Assembly (NCBI GenBank): GCA_964057225.1
Contig: OZ059896.1
Coordinates: forward strand, 21,142,001 to 21,206,000
DNA: 64,000 bases
Reading direction: 5' to 3'
From: Auanema rhodensis
Taxonomy: Eukaryota > Animalia > Nematoda
Made by a program: the position numbers and the translations under genes. Every line of letters begins with the position of its first letter. Position 1 is the first letter of the stretch. Shown here one piece after another: positions 11,781 to 26,100 of the stretch. The notes under the pieces were generated by a model. That model did not search any database. It was not told the DNA's origin and saw nothing but the letters and a program-made list of their open reading frames with translations.

Positions 11781-14700
11781 AGATCGACGCAGCATAAAAA
11801 TCCGGATCGAATGCACTATACTACATTGAGAAACGCTCAATACAAAAATTAGTTATGATCGTTTGAAAAATGATGCATTAGTGTATGTTGAGTTTCCATG
11901 TACACTCAACATTGCTTCCAAAAACATTTTGACAAAAATTTTTTCGAAAAATTTCAAAATAATTTAGCAAAAAGTAGATGTTTTTAGATTCCTTTTTTCA
12001 AGGCAAAGACGATGGACAATGTTATTCAACGAAAAAATTAATTCTTCAGGGTGAAAATCGAGGATATAAGTGTGAACTTATATCAGTTGATATCTCGGTG
12101 CATTTTTAAGCTAGCGCAAATCTGATAATACAGATCGACGCAGCTTAAAAATCCGCATCGAATGCACTATACTACATTGAGAAACGCTTAATACAAAAAT
12201 TAGTTATGATCGTTTGAAAAATGATGCATTAGTGTATGTTGAGTTTCCATGTACACTCAACATTGCTTCCAAAAACATTTTGACAAAAATTTTTTCGAAA
12301 AATTTCAAAATAATTTAGCAAAAAGTAGATGTTTTTAGATTCCTTTTTTCAAGGCAAAGACGATAGACAATGTTATTCAACGAAAAAATTAATTCTTCAG
12401 GGTGAAAATCGAGGATATAAGTGTGAACTTATATCAGTTGATATCTCGGAGCATTTTTAAGCTAGCGCAAATCTGATAACACAGATTGACGCAGCTTAAA
12501 AATCCGCATCGAATGCACTATACTACATTGAGAAACGCTTGATACAAAAATTAGTTATGATCGTTTGAAAAATGATGCATTAGTGTATGTTGAGTTTCCA
12601 TGTACACTCAACATTGCTTCCAAAAACATTTTGACAAAAATTTTTTCGAAAAATTTCAAAATAATTTAGCAAAAAGTAGATGTTTTTAGATTCCTTTTTT
12701 CAAGGCAAAGACGATGGACAATGTTATTCAACGAAAAAATTAATTCTTCAGGGTGAAAATCGAGGATATAAGTGTGAACTTATATCAGTTGATATCTCGG
12801 TGCATTTTTAAGCTAGCGCAAATCTGATAACACAGATCGACGCAGCATAAAAATCCGGATCGAATGCACTATACTACATTGAGAAACGCTCAATACAAAA
12901 ATTAGTTATGATCGTTTGAAAAATGATGCATTAGTGTATGTTGAGTTTCCATGTACACTCAACATTGCTTCCAAAAACATTTTGACAAAAATTTTTTCGA
13001 AAAATTTCAAAGTAATTTAGCAAAAAGTAGATGTTTTTAGATTCCTTTTTTCAAGGCAAAGACGATGGACAATGTTATTCAACGAAAAAATTAATTCTTC
13101 AGGGTGAAAATCGAGGATATAAGTGTGAACTTATATCAGTTGATATCTCGGTGCATTTTTAAGCTAGCGCAAATCTGATAATACAGATCGACGCAGCTTA
13201 AAAATCCGCATCGAATGCACTATACTACATTGAGAAACGCTTAATACAAAAATTAGTTATGATCGTTTGAAAAATGATGCATTAGTGTATGTTGAGTTTC
13301 CATGTACACTCAACATTGCTTCCAAAAACATTTTGACAAAAATTTTTTCGAAAAATTTCAAAATAATTTAGCAAAAAGTAGATGTTTTTAGATTTCTTTT
13401 TTCAAGGCAAAGACGATAGACAATGTTATTCAACGAAAAAATTAATTCTTCAGGGTGAAAATCGAGGATATAAGTGTGAACTTATATCAGTTGATATCTC
13501 GGAGCATTTTTAAGCTAGCGCAAATCTGATAACACAGATTGACGCAGCTTAAAAATCCGCATCGAATGCACTATACTACATTGAGAAACGCTTGATACAA
13601 AAATTAGTTATGATCGTTTGAAAAATGATGCATTAGTGTATGTTGAGTTTCCATGTACACTCAATATTGCTTCCAAAAACATTTTGACAAAAATTTTTTC
13701 GAAAAATTTCAAAATAATTTAGCAAAAAGTAGATGTTTTTAGATTCCATTTTTCAAGGCAAAGACGATGGACAATGTTATTCAACGAAAAAATTAATTCT
13801 TCAGGATGAAAATCGAGGATATAAGTGTGAACTTATATCAGTTGATATCTCGGTGCATTTTTAAGCTAGCGCAAATCTGATAACACAGATCGACGCAGCT
13901 TAAAAATCCGCATCGAATGCACTATACTACATTGAGAAACGCTGAATACAAAAATTAGTTATGATCGTTTGAAAAATGATGCATTAGTGTATGTTGAGTT
14001 TCCATGTACACTCAACATTGCTTCCAAAAACATTTTGACAAAAATTTTTTCGAAAAATTTCAAAATAATTTAGCAAAAAGTAGATGTTTTTAGATTCCTT
14101 TTTTCAAGGCAAAGACGATGGACAATGTTATTCAACGAAAAAATTAATTCTTCAGGGTGAAAATCGAGGATATAAGTGTGAACTTATATCAGTTGATATC
14201 TCGGTGCATTTTTAAGCTAGCGCAAATCTGATAACACAGATCGACGCAGCTTAAAAATCCGCATCGAATGCACTATACTACATTGAAAAACGCTTGATAC
14301 AAAAATTAGTTATGATCGTTTGAAAAATGATGCATTAGTGTATGTTGAGTTTCCATGTACACTCAACATTGCTTCCAAAAACATTTTGACAAAAATTTTT
14401 TCGAAAAATTTCAAAATAATTTAGCAAAACGTAGATGTTTTTAGATTCCATTTCTCAAGGCAAAGACGATGGACAATGTTATTCAACGAAAAAATTAATT
14501 CTTCAGGGTGAAAATCGAGGATATAAGTGTGAACTTATATCAGTTGATATCTCGGTGCATTTTTAAGCTAGCGCAAATCTGATAACACAGATTGACGCAG
14601 CTTAAAAATCCGCATCGAATGCACTATACTACATTGAGAAACGCTTGATACAAAAATTAGTTATGATCGTTTGAAAAATGATGCATTAGTGTATGTTGAG

Positions 14701-17196
14701 TTTCCATGTACACTCAATATTGCTTCCAAAAACATTTTGACAAAAATTTTTTCGAAAAATTTCAAAATAATTTAGCAAAAAGTAGATGTTTTTAGATTCC
14801 ATTTTTCAAGGCAAAGACGATGGACAATGTTATTCAACGAAAAAATTAATTCTTCAGGATGAAAATCGAGGATATAAGTGTGAACTTATATCAGTTGATA
14901 TCTCGGTGCATTTTTAAGCTAGCGCAAATCTGATAACACAGATCGACGCAGCTTAAAAATCCGCATCGAATGCACTATACTACATTGAGAAACGCTTAAT
15001 ACAAAAATTAGTTATGATCGTTTGAAAAATGATGCATTAGTGTATGTTGAGTTTCCATGTACACTCAACATTGCTTCCAAAAACATTTTGACAAAAATTT
15101 TTTCGAAAAATTTCAAAATAATTTAGCAAAAAGTAGATGTTTTTAGATTCCTTTTTTCAAGGCAAAGACGATGGACAATGTTATTCAACGAAAAAATTAA
15201 TTCTTCAGGGTGAAAATCGAGGATATAAGTGTGAACTTATATCAGTTGATATCTCGGTGCATTTTTAAGCTAGCGCAAATCTGATAACACAGATCGACGC
15301 AGCATAAAAATCCGGATCGAATGCACTATACTACATTGAGAAACGCTCAATACAAAAATTAGTTATGATCGTTTGAAAAATGATGCATTAGTGTATGTTG
15401 AGTTTCCATGTACACTCAACATTGCTTCCAAAAACATTTTGACAAAAATTTTTTCGAAAAATTTCAAAATAATTTAGCAAAAAGTAGATGTTTTTAGATT
15501 CCTTTTTTCAAGGCAAAGACGATGGACAATGTTATTCAACGAAAAAATTAATTCTTCAGGGTGAAAATCGAGGATATAAGTGTGAACTTATATCAGTTGA
15601 TATCTCGGTGCATTTTTAAGCTAGCGCAAATCTGATAATACAGATCGACGCAGCTTAAAAATCCGCATCGAATGCACTATACTACATTGAGAAACGCTTA
15701 ATACAAAAATTAGTTATGATCGTTTGAAAAATGATGCATTAGTGTATGTTGAGTTTCCATGTACACTCAACATTGCTTCCAAAAACATTTTGACAAAAAT
15801 TTTTTCGAAAAATTTCAAAATAATTTAGCAAAAAGTAGATGTTTTTAGATTTCTTTTTTCAAGGCAAAGACGATAGACAATGTTATTCAACGAAAAAATT
15901 AATTCTTCAGGGTGAAAATCGAGGATATAAGTGTGAACTTATATCAGTTGATATCTCGGAGCATTTTTAAGCTAGCGCAAATCTGATAACACAGATTGAC
16001 GCAGCTTAAAAATCCGCATCGAATGCACTATACTACATTGAGAAACGCTTGATACAAAAATTAGTTATGATCGTTTGAAAAATGATGCATTAGTGTATGT
16101 TGAGTTTCCATGTACACTCAACATTGCTTCCAAAAACATTTTGACAAAAATTTTTTCGAAAAATTTCAAAATAATTTAGCAAAAAGTAGATGTTTTTAGA
16201 TTCCTTTTTTCAAGGCAAAGACGATGGACAATGTTATTCAACGAAAAAATTAATTCTTCAGGGTGAAAATCGAGGATATAAGTGTGAACTTATATCAGTT
16301 GATATCTCGGTGCATTTTTAAGCTAGCGCAAATCTGATAACACAGATCGACGCAGCATAAAAATCCGGATCGAATGCACTATACTACATTGAGAAACGCT
16401 CAATACAAAAATTAGTTATGATCGTTTGAAAAATGATGCATTAGTGTATGTTGAGTTTCCATGTACACTCAACATTGCTTCCAAAAACATTTTGACAAAA
16501 ATTTTTTCGAAAAATTTCAAAGTAATTTAGCAAAAAGTAGATGTTTTTAGATTCCTTTTTTCAAGGCAAAGACGATGGACAATGTTATTCAACGAAAAAA
16601 TTAATTCTTCAGGGTGAAAATCGAGGATATAAGTGTGAACTTATATCAGTTGATATCTCGGTGCATTTTTAAGCTAGCGCAAATCTGATAATACAGATCG
16701 ACGCAGCTTAAAAATCCGCATCGAATGCACTATACTACATTGAGAAACGCTTAATACAAAAATTAGTTATGATCGTTTGAAAAATGATGCATTAGTGTAT
16801 GTTGAGTTTCCATGTACACTCAACATTGCTTCCAAAAACATTTTGACAAAAATTTTTTCGAAAAATTTCAAAATAATTTAGCAAAAAGTAGATGTTTTTA
16901 GATTCCTTTTTTCAAGGCAAAGACGATAGACAATGTTATTCAACGAAAAAATTAATTCTTCAGGGTGAAAATCGAGGATATAAGTGTGAACTTATATCAG
17001 TTGATATCTCGGAGCATTTTTAAGCTAGCGCAAATCTGATAACACAGATTGACGCAGCTTAAAAATCCGCATCGAATGCACTATACTACATTGAGAAACG
17101 CTTGATACAAAAATTAGTTATGATCGTTTGAAAAATGATGCATTAGTGTATGTTGAGTTTCCATGTACACTCAACATTGCTTCCAAAAACATTTTG
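11581..17196. repeat. Trimeric HOR domain with a 10-monomer (3510 bp) duplication: M34-M39 vs M44-M49
   Basis: The order [GCATA/CCGG/CTCA]-[GATAATACAG]-[GATAG/CGGAGC/GATTGAC] occurs four times. Private CAAAGTAAT at 13012 and 16522 (difference 3510). Confidence 0.88.
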
Positions 17197-19099
17197 ACAA
17201 AAATTTTTTCGAAAAATTTCAAAATAATTTAGCAAAAAGTAGATGTTTTTAGATTCCTTTTTTCAAGGCAAAGACGATAGACAATGTTATTCAACGAAAA
17301 AATTAATTCTTCAGGGTGAAAATCGAGGATATAAGTGTGAACTTATATCAGTTGATATCTCGGAGCATTTTTAAGCTAGCGCAAATCTGATAACACAGAT
17401 TGACGCAGCTTAAAAATCCGCATCGAATGCACTATACTACATTGAAAAACGCTTGATACAAAAATTAGTTATGATCGTTTGAAAAATGATGCATTAGTGT
17501 ATGTTGAGTTTCCATGTACACTCAATATTGCTTCCAAAAACATTTTGACAAAAATTTTTTCGAAAAATTTCAAAATAATTTAGCAAAAAGTAGATGTTTT
17601 TAGATTCCATTTTTCAAGGCAAAGACGATGGACAATGTTATTCAACGAAAAAATTAATTCTTCAGGATGAAAATCGAGGATATAAGTGTGAACTTATATC
17701 AGTTGATATCTCGGTGCATTTTTAAGCTAGCGCAAATCTGATAACACAGATCGACGCAGCTTAAAAATCCGCATCGAATGCACTATACTACATTGAGAAA
17801 CGCTTAATACAAAAATTAGTTATGATCGTTTGAAAAATGATGCATTAGTGTATGTTGAGTTTCCATGTACACTCAACATTGCTTCCAAAAACATTTTGAC
17901 AAAAATTTTTTCGAAAAATTTCAAAATAATTTAGCAAAAAGTAGATGTTTTTAGATTCCTTTTTTCAAGGCAAAGACGATGGACAATGTTATTCAACGAA
18001 AAAATTGATTCTTCAGGGTGAAAATCGAGGATATAAGTGTGAACTTATGTCAGTTGATATCTCGGTGCATTTTTAAGCTAGCGCAAATCTGATAACACAG
18101 ATCGACGCAGCTTAAAAATCCGCATCGAATGCACTATACTACATTGAAAAACGCTTGATACAAAAATTAGTTATGATCGTTTGAAAAATGATGCATTAGT
18201 GTATGTTGAGTTTCCATGTACACTCAACATTGCTTCCAAAAACATTTTGACAAAAATTTTTTCGAAAAATTTCAAAATAATTTAGCAAAACGTAGATGTT
18301 TTTAGATTCCATTTTTCAAGGCAAAGACGATGGACAATGTTATTCAACGAAAAAATTAATTCTTCAGGGTGAAAATCGAGGATATAAGTGTGAACTTATA
18401 TCAGTTGATATCTCGGTGCATTTTTAAGCTAGCGCAAATCTGATAACACTGATCGACGCAGCTTAAAAATCCGCATCGAATGCACTATACTACATTGAGA
18501 AACGCTTAATACAAAAATTAGTTATGATCGTTTGAAAAATGATGCATTAGTGTATATTGAGTTTCCATGTACACTCAACATTGCTTCCAAAAACATTTTG
18601 ACAAAAATTTTTTCGAAAAATTTCAAAATAATTTAGCAAGAAGTAGATGTTTTTAGATTCCATTTTTAAAGGCAAAGACGATAGACAATGTTATTCAACG
18701 AAAAAATTAATTCTTCAGGGTGAAAATCGAGGATATAAGTGTGAACTTATATCAGTTGATATCTCGGTGCATTTTTAAGCTAGCGCAAATCTGATAACAC
18801 AGATCGACGCAGCTTAAAAATCCGCATCGAATGCACTATACTACATTGAAAAACGCTTGATACAAAAATTAGTTATGATCGTTTGAAAAATGATGCATTA
18901 GTGTATGTTGAGTTTCCATGTACACTCAACATTGCTTCCAAAAACATTTTGACAAAAATTTTTTCGAAAAATTTCAAAATAATTTAGCAAAACGTAGATG
19001 TTTTTAGATTCCATTTTTCAAGGCAAAGACGATGGACAATGTTATTCAACGAAAAAATTAATTCTTCAGGGTGAAAATCGAGGATATAAGTGTGAACTT

Positions 19100-22000
19100 A
19101 TATCAGTTGATATCTCGGTGCATTTTTAAGCTAGCGCAAATCTGATAACACTGATCGACGCAGCTTAAAAATCCGCATCGAATGCACTATACTACATTGA
19201 GAAACGCTTAATACAAAAATTAGTTATGATCGTTTGAAAAATGATGCATTAGTGTATGTTGAGTTTCCATGTACACTCAACATTGCTTCCAAAAACATTT
19301 TGACAAAAATTTTTTCGAAAAATTTCAAAATAATTTAGCAAGAAGTAGATGTTTTTAGATTCCATTTCTCAAGGCAAAGACGATGGACAATGTTATTCAA
19401 CGAAAAAATTGATTCTTCAGGGTGAAAATCGAGGATATAAGTGTGAACTTATATCAGTTGATATCTCGGTGCAATTTTAAGCTAGCGCAAATCTGATAAC
19501 ACAGATCGACGCAGCTCAAAAATCCGCATCGAATGCACTATACTACAGTGAGAAACGCTTGATACAAAAATTAGTTATGATCGTTTGAAAAATGATGCAT
19601 TAGTGTATGTTGAGTTTCCATGTACACTCAACATTGCTTCCAAAAACATTTTGACAAAAATGTTTTCGAAAAATTTCAAAATAATTTAGCAAAAAGTAGA
19701 TGTTTTTAGATTCCTTTTTTCAAGGCAAAGACGATGGACAATGTTATTCAACGAAAAAATTAATTCTTCAGGGTGAAAATCGAGGATATAAGTGTGAACT
19801 TATATCAGTTGATATCTCGGTGCATTTTTAAGCTAGCGCAAATCTGATAACAAAGATCGACGCAGCATAAAAATCCGGATCGAATGCACTATACTACATT
19901 GAGAAACGCTCAATACAAAAATTAGTTATGATCGTTTGAAAAATGATGCATTAGTGTATGTTGAGTTTCCATGTACACTCAACATTGCTTCCAAAAACAT
20001 TTTGACAAAAATTTTTTCGAAAAATTTCAAAATAATTTAGCAAAAAGTAGATGTTTTTAGATTCCTTTTTTCAAGGCAAAGACGATGGACAATGTTATTC
20101 AACGAAAAAATTAATTCTTCAGGGTGAAAATCGAGGATATAAGTGTGAACTTATATCAGTTGATATCTCGGTGCATTTTTAAGCTAGCGCAAATCTGATA
20201 ACACAGATCAACGCAGCTTAAAAATCCGCATCGAATGCACTATACTACATTGAAAAACGCTTAATACAAAAATTAGTTATGATCGTTTGAAAAATGATGC
20301 ATTAGTGTATGTTGAGTTTCCATGTACACTCAACATTGCTTCCAAAAACATTTTGACAAAAATTTTTTCGAAAAATTTCAAAATAATTTAGCAAAACGTA
20401 GATGTTTTTAGATTCCATTTTTCAAGGCAAAGACGATGGACAATGTTATTCAACGAAAAAAGTAATTCTTCAGGGTGAAAATCGAGGATATAAGTGTGAA
20501 CTTATATCAGTTGATATCTCGGTGCATTTTTAAGCTAGCGCAAATCTGATAACACTGATCGACGCAGCTTAAAAATCCGCATCGAATGCACTATACTACA
20601 TTGAGAAACGCTTAATACAAAAATTAGTTATGATCGTTTGAAAAATGATGCATTAGTGTATGTTGAGTTTCCATGTACACTCAACATTGCTTCCAAAAAC
20701 ATTTTGACAAAAATTTTTTCGAAAAATTTCAAAATAATTTAGCAAAAAGTAGATGTTTTTAGATTCCATTTCTCAAGGCAAAGACGATGGACAATGTTAT
20801 TCAACGAAAAAATTAATTCTTCAGGGTGAAAATCGAGGATATAAGTGTGAACTTATATCAGTTGATATCTCGGTGCAATTTTAAGCTAGCGCAAATCTGA
20901 TAACACTGATCGACGCAGCTTAAAAATCCGCATCGAATGCACTATACTACATTGAGAAACGCTTAATACAAAAATTAGTTATGATCGTTTGAAAAATGAT
21001 GCATTAGTGTATGTTGAGTTTCCATGTACACTCAACATTGCTTCCAAAAACATTTTGACAAAAATTTTTTCGAAAAATTTCAAAATAATTTAGCAAAAAG
21101 TAGATGTTTTTAGATTCCATTTTTCAAGGCAAAGACGATGGACAATGTTATTCAACGAAAAAATTAATTCTTCAGGGTGAAAATCGAGGATATAAGTGTG
21201 AACTTATATCAGTTGATATCTCGGTGCATTTTTAAGCTAGCGCAAATCTGATAACACAGATCGACGCAGCTTAAAAATCCGGATCGAATGCACTATACTA
21301 CATTGAGAAACGCTCAATACAAAAATTAGTTATGATCGTTTGAAAAATGATGCATTAGTGTATGTTGAGTTTCCATGTTCACTCAACATTGCTTCCAAAA
21401 ACATTTTGACAAAAATTTTTTCGAAAAATTTCAAAATAATTTAGCAAAAAGTAGATGTTTTTAGATTCCGTTTTTCAAGGCAAAGACGATGGACAATGTT
21501 ATTCAACGAAAAAATTAATTCTTCAGGGTGAAAATCGAGGATATAAGTGTGAACTTATATCAGTTGATATCTCGGTGCATTTTTAAGCTAGCGCAAATCT
21601 GATAACACTGATCGACGCAGCTTAAAAATCCGCATCGAATGCACTATACTACATTGAGAAACGCTTAATACAAAAATTAGTTATGATCGTTTGAAAAATG
21701 ATGCATTAGTGTATGTTGAGTTTCCATGTACACTCAACATTGCTTCCAAAAACATTTTGACAAAAATTTTTTCGAAAAATTTCAAAATAATTTAGCAAGA
21801 AGTAGATGTTTTTAGATTCCATTTCTCAAGGCAAAGACGATGGACAATGTTATTCAACGAAAAAATTGATTCTTCAGGGTGAAAATCGAGGATATAAGTG
21901 TGAACTTTTATCAGTTGATATCTCGGTGCAATTTTAAGCTAGCGCAAATCTGATAACACAGATCGACGCAGCTCAAAAATCCGCATCGAATGCACTATAC

Positions 22001-25000
22001 TACAGTGAGAAACGCTTGATACAAAAATTAGTTATGATCGTTTGAAAAATGATGCATTAGTGTATGTTGAGTTTCCATGTACACTCAACATTGCTTCCAA
22101 AAACATTTTGACAAAAATGTTTTCGAAAAATTTCAAAATAATTTAGCAAAAAGTAGATGTTTTTAGATTCCTTTTTTCAAGGCAAAGACGATGGACAATG
22201 TTATTCAACGAAAAAATTAATTCTTCAGGGTGAAAATCGAGGATATAAGTGTGAACTTATATCAGTTGATATCTCGGTGCATTTTTAAGCTAGCGCAAAT
22301 CTGATAACACAGATCGACGCAGCATAAAAATCCGGATCGAATGCACTATACTACATTGAGAAACGCTCAATACAAAAATTAGTTATGATCGTTTGAAAAA
22401 TGATGCATTAGTGTATGTTGAGTTTCCATGTACACTCAACATTGCTTCCAAAAACATTTTGACAAAAATTTTTTCGAAAAATTTCAAAATAATTTAGCAA
22501 AAAGTAGATGTTTTTAGATTCCTTTTTTCAAGGCAAAGACGATGGACAATGTTATTCAACGAAAAAATTAATTCTTCAGGGTGAAAATCGAGGATATAAG
22601 TGTGAACTTATATCAGTTGATATCTCGGTGCATTTTTAAGCTAGCGCAAATCTGATAACACAGATCGACGCAGCTTAAAAATCCGCATCGAATGCACTAT
22701 ACTACATTGAAAAACGCTTAATACAAAAATTAGTTATGATCGTTTGAAAAATGATGCATTAGTGTATGTTGAGTTTCCATGTACACTCAACATTGCTTCC
22801 AAAAACATTTTGACAAAAATTTTTTCGAAAAATTTCAAAATAATTTAGCAAAACGTAGATGTTTTTAGATTCCATTTTTCAAGGCAAAGACGATGGACAA
22901 TGTTATTCAACGAAAAAAGTAATTCTTCAGGGTGAAAATCGAGGATATAAGTGTGAACTTATATCAGTTGATATCTCGGTGCATTTTTAAGCTAGCGCAA
23001 ATCTGATAACACTGATCGACGCAGCTTAAAAATCCGCATCGAATGCACTATACTACATTGAGAAACGCTTAATACAAAAATTAGTTATGATCGTTTGAAA
23101 AATGATGCATTAGTGTATGTTGAGTTTCCATGTACACTCAACATTGCTTCCAAAAACATTTTGACAAAAATTTTTTCGAAAAATTTCAAAATAATTTAGC
23201 AAAAAGTAGATGTTTTTAGATTCCATTTTTCAAGGCAAAGACGATGGACAATGTTATTCAACGAAAAAATCAATTCTTCAGGGTGAAAATCGAGGATATA
23301 AGTGTGAACTTATATCAGTTGATATCTCGGTGCATTTTTAAGCTAGCGCAAATCTGATAACACAGATCGACGCAGCTTAAAAATCCGGATCGAATGCACT
23401 ATACTACATTGAGAAACGCTCAATACAAAAATTAGTTATGATCGTTTGAAAAATGATGCATTAGTGTATGTTGAGTTTCCATGTTCACTCAACATTGCTT
23501 CCAAAAACATTTTGACAAAAATTTTTTCGAAAAATTTCAAAATAATTTAGCAAAAAGTAGATGTTTTTAGATTCCGTTTTTCAAGGCAAAGACGATGGAC
23601 AATGTTATTCAACGAAAAAAATAATTCTTCAGGGTGAAAATCGAGGATATAAGTGTGAACTTATATCAGTTGATATCTCGGTGCATTTTTAAGCTAGCGC
23701 AAATCTGATAACACAGATCGACGCAGCTTAAAAATCCGCATCGAATGCACTATACTACATTGAGAAACGCTTGATACAAAAATTAGTTATGATCGTTTGA
23801 AAAATGATGCATTAGTGTATGTTGAGTTTCCATGTACACTCAACATTGCTTCCAAAAACATTTTGACAAAAATTTTTTCGAAAAATTTCAAAATAATTTA
23901 GCAAAAAGTAGATGTTTTTAGATTCCATTTCTCAAGGCAAAGACGATGGACAATGTTATTCAACGAAAAAATTAATTCTTCAGGGTGAAAATCGAGGATA
24001 TAAGTGTGAACTTATATCAGTTGATATCTCGGTGCAATTTTAAGCTAGCGCAAATCTGATAACACTGATCGACGCAGCTTAAAAATCCGCATCGAATGCA
24101 CTATACTACATTGAGAAACGCTTAATACAAAAATTAGTTATGATCGTTTGAAAAATGATGCATTAGTGTATGTTGAGTTTCCATGTACACTCAACATTGC
24201 TTCCAAAAACATTTTCACAAAAATTTTTTCGAAAAATTTCAAAATAATTTAGCAAAAAGTAGATGTTTTTAGATTCCATTTTTCAAGGCAAAGACGATGG
24301 ACAATGTTATTCAACGAAAAAATTAATTCTTCAGGGTGAAAATCGAGGATATAAGTGTGAACTTATATCAGTTGATATCTCGGTGCATTTTTAAGCTAGC
24401 GCAAATCTGATAACACAGATCGACGCAGCTTAAAAATCCGCATCGAATGCACTATACTACATTGAAAAACGCTTAATACAAAAATTAGTTATGATCGTTT
24501 GAAAAATGATGCATTAGTGTATGTTGAGTTTCCATGTACACTCAACATTGCTTCCAAAAACATTTTGACAAAAATTTTTTCGAAAAATTTCAAAATAATT
24601 TAGCAAAACGTAGATGTTTTTAGATTCCATTTTTCAAGGCAAAGACGATGGACAATGTTATTCAACGAAAAAAGTAATTCTTCAGGGTGAAAATCGAGGA
24701 TATAAGTGTGAACTTATATCAGTTGATATCTCGGTGCATTTTTAAGCTAGCGCAAATCTGATAACACTGATCGACGCAGCTTAAAAATCCGCATCGAATG
24801 CACTATACTACATTGAGAAACGCTTAATACAAAAATTAGTTATGATCGTTTGAAAAATGATGCATTAGTGTATGTTGAGTTTCCATGTACACTCAACATT
24901 GCTTCCAAAAACATTTTGACAAAAATTTTTTCGAAAAATTTCAAAATAATTTAGCAAAAAGTAGATGTTTTTAGATTCCATTTTTCAAGGCAAAGACGAT

Positions 25001-26100
25001 GGACAATGTTATTCAACGAAAAAATTAATTCTTCAGGGTGAAAATCGAGGATATAAGTGTGAACTTATATCAGTTGATATCTCGGTGCATTTTTAAGCTA
25101 GCGCAAATCTGATAACACAGATCGACGCAGCTTAAAAATCCGGATCGAATGCACTATACTACATTGAGAAACGCTCAATACAAAAATTAGTTATGATCGT
25201 TTGAAAAATGATGCATTAGTGTATGTTGAGTTTCCATGTTCACTCAACATTGCTTCCAAAAACATTTTGACAAAAATTTTTTCGAAAAATTTCAAAATAA
25301 TTTAGCAAAAAGTAGATGTTTTTAGATTCCGTTTTTCAAGGCAAAGACGATGGACAATGTTATTCAACGAAAAAAATAATTCTTCAGGGTGAAAATCGAG
25401 GATATAAGTGTGAACTTATATCAGTTGATATCTCGGTGCATTTTTAAGCTAGCGCAAATCTGATAACACAGATCGACGCAGCTTAAAAATCCGCATCGAA
25501 TGCACTATACTACATTGAGAAACGCTTGATACAAAAATTAGTTATGATCGTTTGAAAAATGATGCATTAGTGTATGTTGAGTTTCCATGTACACTCAACA
25601 TTGCTTCCAAAAACATTTTGACAAAAATTTTTTCGAAAAATTTCAAAATAATTTAGCAAAAAGTAGATGTTTTTAGATTCCATTTCTCAAGGCAAAGACG
25701 ATGGACAATGTTATTCAACGAAAAAATTAATTCTTCAGGGTGAAAATCGAGGATATAAGTGTGAACTTATATCAGTTGATATCTCGGTGCAATTTTAAGC
25801 TAGCGCAAATCTGATAACACTGATCGACGCAGCTTAAAAATCCGCATCGAATGCACTATACTACATTGAGAAACGCTTAATACAAAAATTAGTTATGATC
25901 GTTTGAAAAATGATGCATTAGTGTATGTTGAGTTTCCATGTACACTCAACATTGCTTCCAAAAACATTTTCACAAAAATTTTTTCGAAAAATTTCAAAAT
26001 AATTTAGCAAAAAGTAGATGTTTTTAGATTCCATTTTTCAAGGCAAAGACGATGGACAATGTTATTCAACGAAAAAATTAATTCTTCAGGGTGAAAATCG
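19100..26100. repeat. Overlapping 7-monomer (2457 bp) and 5-monomer (1755 bp) offset duplications
   Basis: M56-M59 match M63-M66 (CAAGAAG, TTGATT, AATGTTTT at 19662 and 22119, AAAGTAATT). M66-M69 match M71-M74 (AAAGTAATT, TGTTCAC, AAAATAATT, TTTTCAC). Confidence 0.82.
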
